Assembly: GCA_041654915.1 (NCBI GenBank)
Contig: JBAZCO010000008.1
Coordinates: 1 to 30,518 of the forward strand
Length of the DNA: 30,518 nt
Source of the DNA: Clostridia bacterium
Lineage (GTDB): Bacteria; Bacillota; Clostridia; Christensenellales; DTU072
Direction of reading: 5' to 3'
In this document: positions 7,438 through 16,928 of the stretch, piece after piece
How the letters are laid out: every line of letters begins with the position of its first letter
Numbering within the stretch: the stretch's first letter is position 1
Position numbers and translations under genes: made by a program
The notes under the pieces: generated by a model
What the model was told of the DNA's origin: nothing
Databases searched by the model: none
What the model saw: the letters and a program-made list of their open reading frames with translations, nothing else

Positions 7438-9681
7438 ATGTCTATATCAAAACGGAAAAGCATTATATTCATTTTAGTTTTATTCTTAGCGGCGGCTATG
7501 TTGCTTTCTTTAACTGCTTGCAAAGATAAAGTTGAGGTTGCAGGTGTACGGGTTGAATCCGACGACGAAATGCTGCCAGTAGATTTTTCCATTGAAAACT
7601 CGGCTGTGGTGATATCTTATAGCGACGGCAACCAGGAACGGATACCGATTACTAAGGATATGCTGTCCGATGAGGACAAAACCAAACTATCACACTCCGG
7701 CAGGCACAACATAACGGTGAATTACGATAAGAACAAAAGTATTGATACTCAAATCCATTTGTTAAAGCCTGCGGCAAACACCGCCCTTATTTTAGATAAA
7801 CTTGTGGCGGGCTTGCAAAAAGCCGTCCCGCAAAACAATATTAACGGCGAATTTGAAACAACTGTTAATTTACAGATTGGGAGCGGGGAGCGAAAGGAAT
7901 ATAGGCTTGTATTAAAATTTACCTTGGATATAGACCAAAATGAGGGAGCGGAAAATTATCTTGAAATTGCGTTGTATGACGGCAAAGAGTTGCTAATGGG
8001 AGCGTTTTACAAAGATAATACCGATGAGCGCCCCTATTTTCATATCAAGCTTGATGCCCGTGAGTTTATGTGGTGGATGGGTCCTTGGGAAGGCAAATAT
8101 TTAACCACTTCGGTAGATGATATTTTTGGCACAGCAAGCTATCCTGCTGATTATGAACTTTTGCCATTTTTTGCCACTGTAAACAATCTTATGTCCTATG
8201 TTATGGATAATAACAAAATAGCAATGATTAATATGGTTTTCTCCTTCCTATTGAGCAATCCGGAGGTCGCCGAGGACGGCTCGGTTGCAGCCCTCACAAT
8301 AAACTTTGATGCGCTGATAAAATGGTTGCCTTTCGCAGGACTTATACCCGGTGTTTCATCTACTGTCACAGACTTTTTAGGCTCTATGGGTATAAACGCA
8401 AGTTTTTCCGACTTGGCAAAAAATATTAGTTCGGATATCAATCCTAGGTTAAAGCTTAGGTTTGGCGCACAAGGGGACTTGCAGGACTTGGATATTAGCG
8501 GCAATTACACAAGCCAAGATATGCCCCGCTCACTCAAAGTTAGCTTGCAAGACAATCTTGATATGGGAGTGACAATAAATAAACTATCCCTCAAAATTAA
8601 CTCATCCTCTTTCTCACTGCCCACGCATTTGGGAATAGAGGATTGGGAGGAAGGCTCGGTAAAAGGCGTTGAGGAATTTTGGGAACAGTCGATTCCCGAG
8701 AGCGGAGATGAGGATGCAAAGCCCTCTCTTGAAAGGTGGATGATGCTCCAATACCGCAAAATGATGGGCGGACCGCCAAGCGAAACTTGGTATGAGGATA
8801 TCACCCAATATAGAGATATATCTTATACAGACAGCGACACTAGATTTAATAAAATGGATATCTACCGTCCCAAAGATGAGGCGGACGGCGACACGCTAAA
8901 CAAACTGCCCGTAATTGTAAGCATTCACGGCGGCGGATGGGTTAACGGCAACAAAGAGTTTAACCATATCTACTGTCAAGACTTAGCAAGGCAAGGTTTT
9001 GCCGTATTGAACATAAACTATCACTTGATACCCGTTGCGCCTATGCCCAAACCTATGCAGGATGTATTTGCTGTATTTAATTTTATTGATGACAATGCCG
9101 AATTGTACGGCTTTGATAGGAACAATGTCTTTTTGACAGGCGACTCGGCAGGCGGGCATTATGCAATGCTAGTCTTGTCTATTCTTGGTGACCCCGAGCT
9201 TATCGATGCTTTTGGTGTGGAAACAAAGATAAAAATCAATGCCGCAAGCGTGAGCAGCACAGGGTTTACCTTTAGTGAGGCGCTCAAGTTCCCCATACCG
9301 TTTGCGCACTTCTTTGTAAATCAATTCTTTACTGACGATGTTCCCTACACCGCATACAAAGACAACCCCGACTACATAAAAATGGCAACCGCTCTAAATA
9401 TTGAAAACAATAAAATAGAAACCTTTCCTCCGCTATTTGTGTCCACAGCGCACGCAGATATGGTGCTTGTCCACTCGGAAAGACTGATTGCGCATATGAA
9501 AGCCAAAGGGCTAATAGAGGGTGTGGACTTTGTGTATGACTATCGGGCTATGGACGACTTGGACAATCCCGAACGGCACATCCTAGGGCATAACTTTAAT
9601 GTTGCATCTCCCGAAAAAACTGTTAGCCGTGCGGTAAACAAAGCGATGTGCGACTTTTTTAAGCTGTATATAACCGCATAA
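7438..9681 (+). CDS. Lipoprotein with an uncharacterized N-terminal region and a C-terminal alpha/beta-hydrolase (esterase/lipase, HGGG-GDSAGG type) domain.
   Basis: SD AAGGAG before the ATG. The signal peptide MSISKRKSIIFILVLFLAAAMLLSLTAC ends in the lipobox L-T-A-C. The C-terminal third has the oxyanion motif VSIHGGGW and the nucleophile elbow GDSAGGH. Confidence 0.8.
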   Translation: MSISKRKSIIFILVLFLAAAMLLSLTACKDKVEVAGVRVESDDEMLPVDFSIENSAVVISYSDGNQERIPITKDMLSDEDKTKLSHSGRHNITVNYDKNKSIDTQIHLLKPAANTALILDKLVAGLQKAVPQNNINGEFETTVNLQIGSGERKEYRLVLKFTLDIDQNEGAENYLEIALYDGKELLMGAFYKDNTDERPYFHIKLDAREFMWWMGPWEGKYLTTSVDDIFGTASYPADYELLPFFATVNNLMSYVMDNNKIAMINMVFSFLLSNPEVAEDGSVAALTINFDALIKWLPFAGLIPGVSSTVTDFLGSMGINASFSDLAKNISSDINPRLKLRFGAQGDLQDLDISGNYTSQDMPRSLKVSLQDNLDMGVTINKLSLKINSSSFSLPTHLGIEDWEEGSVKGVEEFWEQSIPESGDEDAKPSLERWMMLQYRKMMGGPPSETWYEDITQYRDISYTDSDTRFNKMDIYRPKDEADGDTLNKLPVIVSIHGGGWVNGNKEFNHIYCQDLARQGFAVLNINYHLIPVAPMPKPMQDVFAVFNFIDDNAELYGFDRNNVFLTGDSAGGHYAMLVLSILGDPELIDAFGVETKIKINAASVSSTGFTFSEALKFPIPFAHFFVNQFFTDDVPYTAYKDNPDYIKMATALNIENNKIETFPPLFVSTAHADMVLVHSERLIAHMKAKGLIEGVDFVYDYRAMDDLDNPERHILGHNFNVASPEKTVSRAVNKAMCDFFKLYITA

Positions 9682-9719
9682 ATAAAAGGATTATTGATTT
9701 TTTAGTTGGTTATTTTTGT

Positions 9720-9748
9720 TTGACAAACAAAAATTGGTGTGATAATAT
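9720..9748 (+). promoter_or_regulatory. Promoter TTGACA, 17-nt spacer, TGaTAATAT (extended -10), driving the T-box leader.
   Basis: -35 hexamer at 9720-9725, and TGn plus TAATAT at 9740-9748. Confidence 0.45.
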
Positions 9749-9754
9749 GGGATA

Positions 9755-10020
9755 AATTATATAAACCGTTGAGGCAGAATAGTAACTTTTAGGTTGGGTT
9801 TTTTAAGAGAGTTTCGGGTTGGTGCAAACGAAATAAACCACTACTAGCGAATGGGCTGCTGAGGGCGGGGGCGAAAAATGTGAGTAGTTCCCGACGGTAC
9901 TCCACCGTAATAAGGAGAGGGTATGATAGTACCCGAATAATTAAGGCGGCTTGTGCCGTAAAATTGGGTGGCAACACGGTAAATATCGTCCCAAACGATA
10001 TTTACCGTGTTTTATTTTTA
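9755..10020 (+). promoter_or_regulatory. T-box riboswitch leader, tRNA-Trp type (candidate specifier UGG at 9852-9854).
   Basis: T-box sequence AAATTGGGTGGCAACACGG at 9961-9979 (consensus AATTAGGGTGGNACCGCG). An AGAGAG element sits at 9806-9811, GAA-TGG-G in the stem I region, and an F-box-like CCGTAA near 9905. The terminator hairpin is CACGGTAAATATCGT/ACGATATTTACCGTG followed by a T-run. The variable T-box base is C, matching a G discriminator in tRNA-Trp. Confidence 0.8.
9975..10020 (+). terminator. Intrinsic terminator of the T-box leader.
   Basis: Perfect 15-bp inverted repeat with a 5-nt loop, followed by TTTTATTTTT. The 5' arm overlaps the 3' half of the T-box antiterminator sequence. 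Confidence 0.8.
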
Positions 10021-10229
10021 TCAAAACGCTTTAATAAAAGCGCAAGAAGGAGAAAATAATTATGACAAACAACCAAAGATATGTGTTTCGATGGCGCTTT
10101 GGGAGAATCTAGCTTGATTGTTTTAAGTAACAGCACACACTAATACTAACATTTTCCCACGCTTTTTAGCTTTAAGCTAAAAGCAATATAAATTACAAAC
10201 ATATATATAACAAGGAGAAACCAAAAAAA

Positions 10230-11606
10230 ATGAAAAATAAAGAGATACCCACAAAGATATATTTAACCGAACAGGAGATGCCAAAACATTGGTATAACCT
10301 TCGTGCGGATATGAAAGAAAAGCACGACCCATTTTTACACCCCGGGCGTATGGATGCCTGCACAGCAGAGGACTTAAACCCCATATTTTGCAAAGAGCTT
10401 GTTAAGCAAGAATTAGACCAAGAAACCCGCCTAATAGAAATCCCCGAGGGAGTGAGAGAGTTCTACAAGATGTATCGCCCATCCCCGTTGGTTAGGGCAT
10501 ATTGTTTGGAAAAGGAGTTGGACACCCCCGCAGAAATTTATTATAAATTTGAGGGAAACAACACTTCAGGCTCCCATAAGCTCAACTCTGCTGTCCCACA
10601 AGCTTACTATGCAAAACAAGAGGGCTTGACTTCGCTCACAACCGAAACGGGGGCAGGGCAATGGGGAACGGCGCTTGCTATGGCGTGTGCTTTTTATGGG
10701 ATAGACCTAAAGGTATTTATGGTAAAGGTGAGCAGTGAGCAAAAGCCGTACAGAAAAGCGGTTATGGAAACTTATGGCGCTCAAGTGATAGCATCCCCCT
10801 CACCAACGACCGAAGTTGGCAAAAAAATACTTGCCCAAGACCCCACTACGGGCGGCTCTCTTGGCTGTGCGATTAGCGAGGCATTGGAAGTTGCTACAAC
10901 TACGGACAAGTGCCGCTATGTTCTTGGCAGCGTGCTTGACTATGTTATTTTGCACCAATCTATTATCGGGCAGGAATGTAAAATCGCACTTGATAAATAT
11001 GGTGTAACCCCAGACCTCATAATTGGTTGCGCTGGCGGCGGCTCTAACCTTGCAGGGTTGATTGCGCCCTTTATGGCGGACAAGCTAAACGGCAAATCCA
11101 ACGCTAAGTTTCTTGCGGTAGAACCCGCATCTTGCCCTTCCCTCACAAGAGGAAAATACGCCTATGACTTTGGCGATACGGGGCAAATGACGCCGCTAAT
11201 CAAGATGTACACCCTGGGTTCTGGTTTTATGCCCGCCCCCGGGCATGCGGGCGGACTGCGCTACCACGGTATGAATCCTGTGCTATCCAAACTCTACCAC
11301 GACGGATATATGGAGGCAAAAGCGGTGGAGCAAAAGAGTGTGTTTGATGCGGCGGTGCGCTTTGCACGCATAGAGGGCATACTTCCCGCTCCCGAATCTG
11401 CGCACGCAATAAAGGCGGCAATAGACGAGGCGCTAGAGTGCAAAAAGACGGGGGAGAAAAAGACAATCCTATTTGGACTAACGGGAACAGGCTACTTTGA
11501 TATGTCGGCATATATGTCCTACAACACAGGCAAGATGAGCGACTATATCCCATCCGATGCCGACTTGGAAAAAGGCTTTGCAACCCTTCCCAACATCAAG
11601 CAATAA
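10230..11606 (+). CDS. trpB2: TrpB2-type tryptophan synthase beta-chain-like PLP enzyme.
   Basis: Length 458 aa. N-terminal PKHWYNL, PLP-lysine motif GSHKLN and Gly-rich GCAGGGSN match the TrpB2 class. No adjacent trpA. Confidence 0.85.
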   Translation: MKNKEIPTKIYLTEQEMPKHWYNLRADMKEKHDPFLHPGRMDACTAEDLNPIFCKELVKQELDQETRLIEIPEGVREFYKMYRPSPLVRAYCLEKELDTPAEIYYKFEGNNTSGSHKLNSAVPQAYYAKQEGLTSLTTETGAGQWGTALAMACAFYGIDLKVFMVKVSSEQKPYRKAVMETYGAQVIASPSPTTEVGKKILAQDPTTGGSLGCAISEALEVATTTDKCRYVLGSVLDYVILHQSIIGQECKIALDKYGVTPDLIIGCAGGGSNLAGLIAPFMADKLNGKSNAKFLAVEPASCPSLTRGKYAYDFGDTGQMTPLIKMYTLGSGFMPAPGHAGGLRYHGMNPVLSKLYHDGYMEAKAVEQKSVFDAAVRFARIEGILPAPESAHAIKAAIDEALECKKTGEKKTILFGLTGTGYFDMSAYMSYNTGKMSDYIPSDADLEKGFATLPNIKQ

Positions 11607-11630
11607 GAGCTTTTATAAAGGTAAAAACAC

Positions 11631-11668
11631 AAAAAGGCGGGTACTAACTCCGCCTTTTTGTTTTATTG
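11631..11668. terminator. Bidirectional intrinsic terminator between convergent trpB2 and aroQ.
   Basis: AAAAAGGCGG-gtactaact-CCGCCTTTTT, with an A-run and a T-run on either side. Confidence 0.8.
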
Positions 11669-11680
11669 ATAACATAATTG

Positions 11681-12106
11681 CTAGTTATATTTAAAATATT
11701 CCAAAGCTTCTTTGTAGCCTGCAAAACCTTTGCCCGCTATGGTCTTTTTAGCAACCAAGCCAATATAGCTAAACTGCCTAAATTCCTCACGGGCAGAAAT
11801 ATCGCTAATATGCACTTCTATCGCTGGTATATTTACCGCCTTTAAGGCATCTAGTATTGCAATGCTTGTGTGGGTGTAAGCACCTGCATTTATAATTATG
11901 CCTTGATAGCGCCCCCTTGCCTTTTGTATAGCGGTAACAATTTTTCCCTCATAGTTGCTCTGCACGCACTTTACCGTTAAAGACAGCTTTTTAGCCTCAC
12001 TTTTTATATACTGCTTTAATGAACAGTAGCTTGCACTGCCATAAACTTCAGGCTCTCGCACCCCAAGCATATTTAGGTTCACCCCGTTAATTACCAATAT
12101 TTTCAT
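11681..12106 (-). CDS. aroQ: 3-dehydroquinate dehydratase, type II.
   Basis: MKILVINGVNLNMLGVREPEVYG is the classic type II DHQase N-terminus. Length 141 aa. Confidence 0.9.
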   Translation of the reverse strand: MKILVINGVNLNMLGVREPEVYGSASYCSLKQYIKSEAKKLSLTVKCVQSNYEGKIVTAIQKARGRYQGIIINAGAYTHTSIAILDALKAVNIPAIEVHISDISAREEFRQFSYIGLVAKKTIAGKGFAGYKEALEYFKYN

Positions 12107-12161
12107 ATATCCGCTCCGTTTGTTTTCTTGATTATTTGTGCAATTTTTATAGTTGATTCTT

Positions 12162-13385
12162 TTATTGTATAGGCAAACTAGCGATAATTTTCGCTACCGT
12201 TTGGTCTACTTCTCCGTTGTTTTCTATCGTGATATCCGAAAACTTTTTGTAGTAAGGTTCTCTCTCTTTAAATAACCGCTCGTATGCCCCTTCATCTTTT
12301 AGCAACGGCCTACCGTCACTAACCGCATTGCGGGGGTCACGAATGAGATATACCAAAACCCCATTTTGCTTTAGTGCGTGGTAAGCCTCCCGTGATGTGA
12401 TTGCCCCGCCGCCCGTAGCTATCACCTGCCCTTTTTCCTTGCCAAGCGCCTCTATCGCCACCCTTTCCAAATTCCTAAAGTGTTTTTCACCCTCAAGCGC
12501 AAATATGTTGGGAATACTCTTGTTTGCTAGGGCTTGAATATATTCGTCAGTATCTACAAAACGCTTAGCCATAGCGGCGGCAAGGGCTTTGCCTACCACG
12601 CTTTTACCCGATGACGGCATACCTATAAGCACGATATTTATTGTATCATTATATAGTTTGCGATATATTCTCTCTATTTCCGATTCGGGCGCTCTGTCGC
12701 CAACAAACAAATCCCGTGCCTCTTTTGCCTGCGCAATTAGCATCTTTAGACCCGATGAATATTTTAATCCCCGCTCTTTGGCATCAAATAACAACCTTGT
12801 GATAAGCGGATTGTATATTGCATCCATTACCCCTTCAAGGCGGGTAAAGGGCGCAAGTTCTATTGGGCTTTTTAGGTTGCTCGGATACATTCCCACAGGT
12901 GTTGTGTTAATTATCACCTCACTATCGTAATGTTTGCTTATATTATCGTAGTTATCCGCTCCGCTCCGTGATACAACAACCGTACTTGCCGCTCCGTGCG
13001 TCTTTAGCACGGCAAGAGCGGTTTTTGATGTGCCGCCGCTCCCCAATATCATAACTTTTTTGTTTTTTACCTGTATATCTGCCGATTGCAAGAGATACTC
13101 CAAGCCAAACACATCCGTATTATAGCCGTAAAGCTTTTTATCTTTAACAACAACTGTATTTACTGCGCCAACTCGCTTTGCGGCGTCGTCTATCTCATCT
13201 AATAAAGGCATAATAAGGGTCTTGTAGGGTATGGTGACATTAAAACCGTCAAAACTGCCCCCCCTCACAAATGCGGGCAAGTCCTCCCTTTCCATCTCAC
13301 AAAGCTCATATTGATAGCCAAATTCCTTGTGGATGATAGCGGAGTAACTATGCGCAAGCTTTTGTCCAATAAGACAAAACTTCAT
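12162..13385 (-). CDS. aroE/aroK: Bifunctional shikimate dehydrogenase (N-terminal) and shikimate kinase (C-terminal) fusion.
   Basis: The start at MKFCLIG has SD AAGGAG 9 nt upstream. The SDH-type N-terminal domain carries a Rossmann motif (ILGSGGTSKT). The C-terminal domain has the P-loop GMPSSGKSVVG, followed by DTDEYI, typical of shikimate kinase. Confidence 0.85.
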   Translation of the reverse strand: MKFCLIGQKLAHSYSAIIHKEFGYQYELCEMEREDLPAFVRGGSFDGFNVTIPYKTLIMPLLDEIDDAAKRVGAVNTVVVKDKKLYGYNTDVFGLEYLLQSADIQVKNKKVMILGSGGTSKTALAVLKTHGAASTVVVSRSGADNYDNISKHYDSEVIINTTPVGMYPSNLKSPIELAPFTRLEGVMDAIYNPLITRLLFDAKERGLKYSSGLKMLIAQAKEARDLFVGDRAPESEIERIYRKLYNDTINIVLIGMPSSGKSVVGKALAAAMAKRFVDTDEYIQALANKSIPNIFALEGEKHFRNLERVAIEALGKEKGQVIATGGGAITSREAYHALKQNGVLVYLIRDPRNAVSDGRPLLKDEGAYERLFKEREPYYKKFSDITIENNGEVDQTVAKIIASLPIQ

Positions 13386-13451
13386 CTTTATGTTCTCCTT
13401 ATAGTTCACAATAGTCAACTAGACTTTTGCAAAGTAAGACAAAACTTCTCC

Positions 13452-14597
13452 CTATACCTCGCTGTAACTTCCCAAAAAGGTAAACTGTTCAGAGCGGTTG
13501 TCCAGCTCCGCAAGCAGGTTTAATACCTCCTCTTTTTCTATATCCGCATCAAAGTCAAAGTAAAATAAAAACTCAAATGCCGTGTCGGGTAACGGTCTAG
13601 ACTCCAGCTTTGTAAGGTTTAGCCCAAGCGCTGTGAATTTAGATAATAGCTTGTTTAGGCTACCCGATTCGTGCGGAAGGCTTACCATAATGCTTATTTT
13701 GTGCGGATTTTTAAATATATCCAAACTCTTAGAGATGCAAATAAATCTTGTGAAGTTAGAGTCGCTGTCTTGCACACCGCTCTTTAATACCGCCAGCGCA
13801 TATAGCTCTGCGCACTCTTTGGATGAGATTGCGGCAATATCATCTCTCCCACTTTCGGCAACTGTCTGTGCCGCAAGCGCCGTGTTGTCGCAAACGGTGA
13901 TTTTAACATCCTTTAGCGTCTTTATGAATGCAGTACTTTGGGTTAGCGCCTGTTCGTGGGAGATTATCTCTTTAATATCCTCTAATCGCACGCCCTTTTT
14001 TGCAAGCAAACAATGCCTAACTTGCAACTTTACGCTGCGCACAACATAAAAGCGATACTTTTTCATAAGGTCATAGACCTCATTGACCGAGCCAACCGAA
14101 CTGTTCTCTATTGGCAGCACCCCGTATTTGCACAAGCCGCTCTCAACAGCATTAAATACGCCCTCAAAATTTTTAAAGTAGGTGATATCCGAAAGTTTGA
14201 AAAGTTTTTCTGCCGCAAGATAAGAATATGCACCCTTTACACCTTGGCAGGCAACGGATGCAAAGTCGGGAAATGCCTCCCTCTTGCGGGACAGGGTTTC
14301 CCTTATTTTAACCGATATATTGGACGCTAGATGTGAAAACTTGCTTTGATAAGCACGGCTTGTTTCAAATAATGTTTCAAAAACCTGCTTGGTGAAAATC
14401 TTTATTTCGCCGTCCGCTCCCGCTGTCACACGGTTTAATATATCCTTTTCTCTGCTGGGGTCGAGAACATAGGCGTTTGTTTTGGCCTTCTCTATCCCAA
14501 TTTCCTTTACCAATGCCATTCTTTCAGCATAGATTTTTGCAATTTGGTCGTCTAAGTCGTCAATTTGCTTTCTCTTTTCAAGTATTGTTTTATTCAT
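13452..14597 (-). CDS. pheA: Bifunctional chorismate mutase / prephenate dehydratase (P-protein) with a C-terminal ACT domain.
   Basis: The start at MNKTILEKRKQIDDLDDQI has SD AAGGAG upstream. An AroQ-class CM N-terminus, a PDT core and ...ESRPL... are present. Confidence 0.85.
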   Translation of the reverse strand: MNKTILEKRKQIDDLDDQIAKIYAERMALVKEIGIEKAKTNAYVLDPSREKDILNRVTAGADGEIKIFTKQVFETLFETSRAYQSKFSHLASNISVKIRETLSRKREAFPDFASVACQGVKGAYSYLAAEKLFKLSDITYFKNFEGVFNAVESGLCKYGVLPIENSSVGSVNEVYDLMKKYRFYVVRSVKLQVRHCLLAKKGVRLEDIKEIISHEQALTQSTAFIKTLKDVKITVCDNTALAAQTVAESGRDDIAAISSKECAELYALAVLKSGVQDSDSNFTRFICISKSLDIFKNPHKISIMVSLPHESGSLNKLLSKFTALGLNLTKLESRPLPDTAFEFLFYFDFDADIEKEEVLNLLAELDNRSEQFTFLGSYSEV

Positions 14598-15690
14598 TTT
14601 TACTTGCTCCTTCTTGACTGTATAACGCATCTAGCAATGTGAGTGCCAATGCCGCCTCTATCGCTATTGCCGCACGGGGTACAATGCACACATCGTGCCT
14701 GCCTTTTATAACTATTTGGGTGTTTGTTTTTTTTGCAAGGTCTACCGTATCTTGCGGCTTAGATATTGACGGTGTGGGCTTGACTGCCGCACGGAAAAGC
14801 ACGGGCATACCGTTGGTGATGCCGCCCAAAATGCCGCCGTTGTTGTTGGACTTGGTCTTTACATTGCCGTTAGCATCATAATAATATGGGTCGTTTGCCT
14901 CGCTGCCCCGCATACGGGTAATATCAAATCCCGCTCCAAACTCCACACCTTTTATTGCAGGAATACCAAATAATAGCGATGATAAAGCGCTTTCTATACT
15001 GCCATACATCGCATCTCCCCACCCAGCGGGTACGCCAACGGCAACACCCTCTACTATGCCGCCCAAAGAGTCTAAATCGCCTTTTGCGGCGGCAATCGCA
15101 TCCAACATTTTTTCTCCGCTGTTATCGTCAAGCACAGGGAAACGCATACCCTTTAATCTAATCAAGTCATCTGCATTGATATCACGCTCTCGGTAGCTTG
15201 CCCCTTTTATTCCCCCTATTTCTGCAATGTATGCCCCCACTGTTATACCGTGGCGGGATAATATTTGCGCCGCTATCCCCCCTGCAATACATAGCGGAGC
15301 GGTGAGCCGCCCAGAAAACTTGCCGCCGCCCGACATATTAAGCTTGCCGCCATACTTTACAAATGCGGGATAGTCTGCGTGTGAGGGGCGGGGGGTGTTT
15401 TTCAAATTGTCATAGTCTTTAGAGCGCATTTGGGTATTATTTATCCGTGCCTCTATTACCCCTCCCGTTGTAATGCCGCCCTCTATACCGCTTAAAATAA
15501 TAATCTTGTCCGGCTCTCTGCGAGTGGTGGAAAACACTCCGCCACCTGCACGGCGGCGGTCTACAAACTCTTGCAACAATTCGCCGTCAACACTCTCACC
15601 CAAAGGCACGCCGCTTAGCGTCATACCAATAAACTCACCGTGCGACTCTCCATAAACATCAAGCTTTAGTCCGCTATTGGTCAAACGCAT
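14590..15690 (-). CDS. aroC: Chorismate synthase.
   Basis: DVYGESHG near the N-terminus and GRHDVCIVPRAAIAIEA near the C-terminus. SD GGAGG. Overlaps the pheA start by 8 nt. Confidence 0.9.
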   Translation of the reverse strand: MRLTNSGLKLDVYGESHGEFIGMTLSGVPLGESVDGELLQEFVDRRRAGGGVFSTTRREPDKIIILSGIEGGITTGGVIEARINNTQMRSKDYDNLKNTPRPSHADYPAFVKYGGKLNMSGGGKFSGRLTAPLCIAGGIAAQILSRHGITVGAYIAEIGGIKGASYRERDINADDLIRLKGMRFPVLDDNSGEKMLDAIAAAKGDLDSLGGIVEGVAVGVPAGWGDAMYGSIESALSSLLFGIPAIKGVEFGAGFDITRMRGSEANDPYYYDANGNVKTKSNNNGGILGGITNGMPVLFRAAVKPTPSISKPQDTVDLAKKTNTQIVIKGRHDVCIVPRAAIAIEAALALTLLDALYSQEGASKNE

Positions 15691-16928
15691 TTTACCTTTC
15701 CTCCAAGCATAGAAAATTTATTGAAGAAGTCAGGATAACTCTTTGTTACCGACTCTGCTCCCTTAATGGTAGTTTCTCCGCTAGCATACGCCGCCGCAAT
15801 TGCCGCCGCCATAACTATACGGTGGTCGTTGTGTCCGTCTATTACCCCGCCCAAAAGCTTGCCCCCTTGTATTTTTAGGCTACCTTCATAACTGTTTTGG
15901 ATACCCATATTGGATAAAAGGTGAATTATTGCCGATATTCTATCACATTCTTTTAGCCTTAGCCTTTCAATATCGTTTAAGGTTGATTTGCCGCTTGCTT
16001 GGCTTAGCATCACCCCTGTAATAGGCACAAGGTCGGGAACGGCATCGGCATACAACTCAATACTTTTGAGCGGTGAGCCAACAACCCGTACCCCCTCTTT
16101 TGATAGTTGCAAGTTTGCTCCTGCCTGCGCTAAAATTTCTATTATCCGCCTATCCTCTTGCACGGAGTGCAGATTCAAACCCCTCACGGTAATATCGCCG
16201 CCCATAGCGCCTGCCGCAAGCCAAAATGCCGCATTAGACCAATCTCCCTCTACAACTATGCGCTCGGGGGAGATGTATTTTTGTCCGCCCTTTACAAAAA
16301 ATCTGCGAGGGGAGTCCTCAATTTTTATCTTAAAGGCTTTTAGCACTTCCAGCGTGATATCAATGTATCCCCTACTGACCGCCTTGCCCTCTATGATTAT
16401 TTCGCTGTCGCCGTCTAAGAGGGGCAGAGCAAACAACAGTCCCGTAATATACTGCGAACTGATATCCCCCCTTATGCGATAAGAGCCTGCTTTGAGTTTG
16501 CCTTGTAGGGTATAGGGCAATTTTTCCCCTTTTATTGTTGCTCCCCCTTGTGTTAGGGATGTTATCAATTCGTTTAGCGGTCTTTCAGCAAGCCGCCCCT
16601 CGCCTGTAAAAACACCTTCCCGCCCAAGCGCTGCCGCAATTGGCAGCATAAAGCGCAAAGTAGAGCCGCTTTCCCCCGTGTCGTACAACCCGTTCCCACT
16701 CTGTACGGCGGGTTTAATACGGTAGCCGTCCTTTGTGCTAGTAACCGTTGCGCCAAGCGCTGTAAGACAACGGGCGGTTGCCTCCAAGTCCTTAGCATCC
16801 GAGCGGCCAACAATATGCGTTTCTCTATCAGAGAGAGCCGCCGCTATCATTATCCTGTGCGCAAAGGATTTGGAAATTATTATATCAATCGTGCCAAAAA
16901 GGGGGGCAGGAGAGATTTTTGCTATCAT
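15681..16928 (-). CDS. aroA: 3-phosphoshikimate 1-carboxyvinyltransferase (EPSP synthase).
   Basis: Start at MIAKISPAPLFGTIDI with SD GGAGG upstream. Typical EPSPS motifs (KSxxHR, LGxxV, RPI...) are present. Its 3' end overlaps the aroC start by 10 nt. Confidence 0.9.
   Translation of the reverse strand: MIAKISPAPLFGTIDIIISKSFAHRIMIAAALSDRETHIVGRSDAKDLEATARCLTALGATVTSTKDGYRIKPAVQSGNGLYDTGESGSTLRFMLPIAAALGREGVFTGEGRLAERPLNELITSLTQGGATIKGEKLPYTLQGKLKAGSYRIRGDISSQYITGLLFALPLLDGDSEIIIEGKAVSRGYIDITLEVLKAFKIKIEDSPRRFFVKGGQKYISPERIVVEGDWSNAAFWLAAGAMGGDITVRGLNLHSVQEDRRIIEILAQAGANLQLSKEGVRVVGSPLKSIELYADAVPDLVPITGVMLSQASGKSTLNDIERLRLKECDRISAIIHLLSNMGIQNSYEGSLKIQGGKLLGGVIDGHNDHRIVMAAAIAAAYASGETTIKGAESVTKSYPDFFNKFSMLGGKVKCV

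Noticed and set aside
9789-9977. 62-aa minus-strand ORF in the trpB2 upstream region.
   Set aside because: It lies entirely inside the T-box leader on the opposite strand, has no RBS, and is a shadow of structured RNA sequence.
10161-10184. Hairpin GCTTTTTAGC-ttta-AGCTAAAAGC upstream of trpB2.
   Set aside because: No U-tract follows, so it is not an intrinsic terminator. It is probably just 5'-UTR structure.
13386-13418. Longer N-terminal extensions for aroE/aroK (13418), pheA (14630) and aroA (16976) as given by the ORF track.
   Set aside because: Internal ATGs with AAGGAG or GGAGG SDs at proper spacing, and family-typical N-termini (MKFCLIG..., MNKTILEKRKQIDDLD..., MIAKISPAPLFG...), support the shorter starts.
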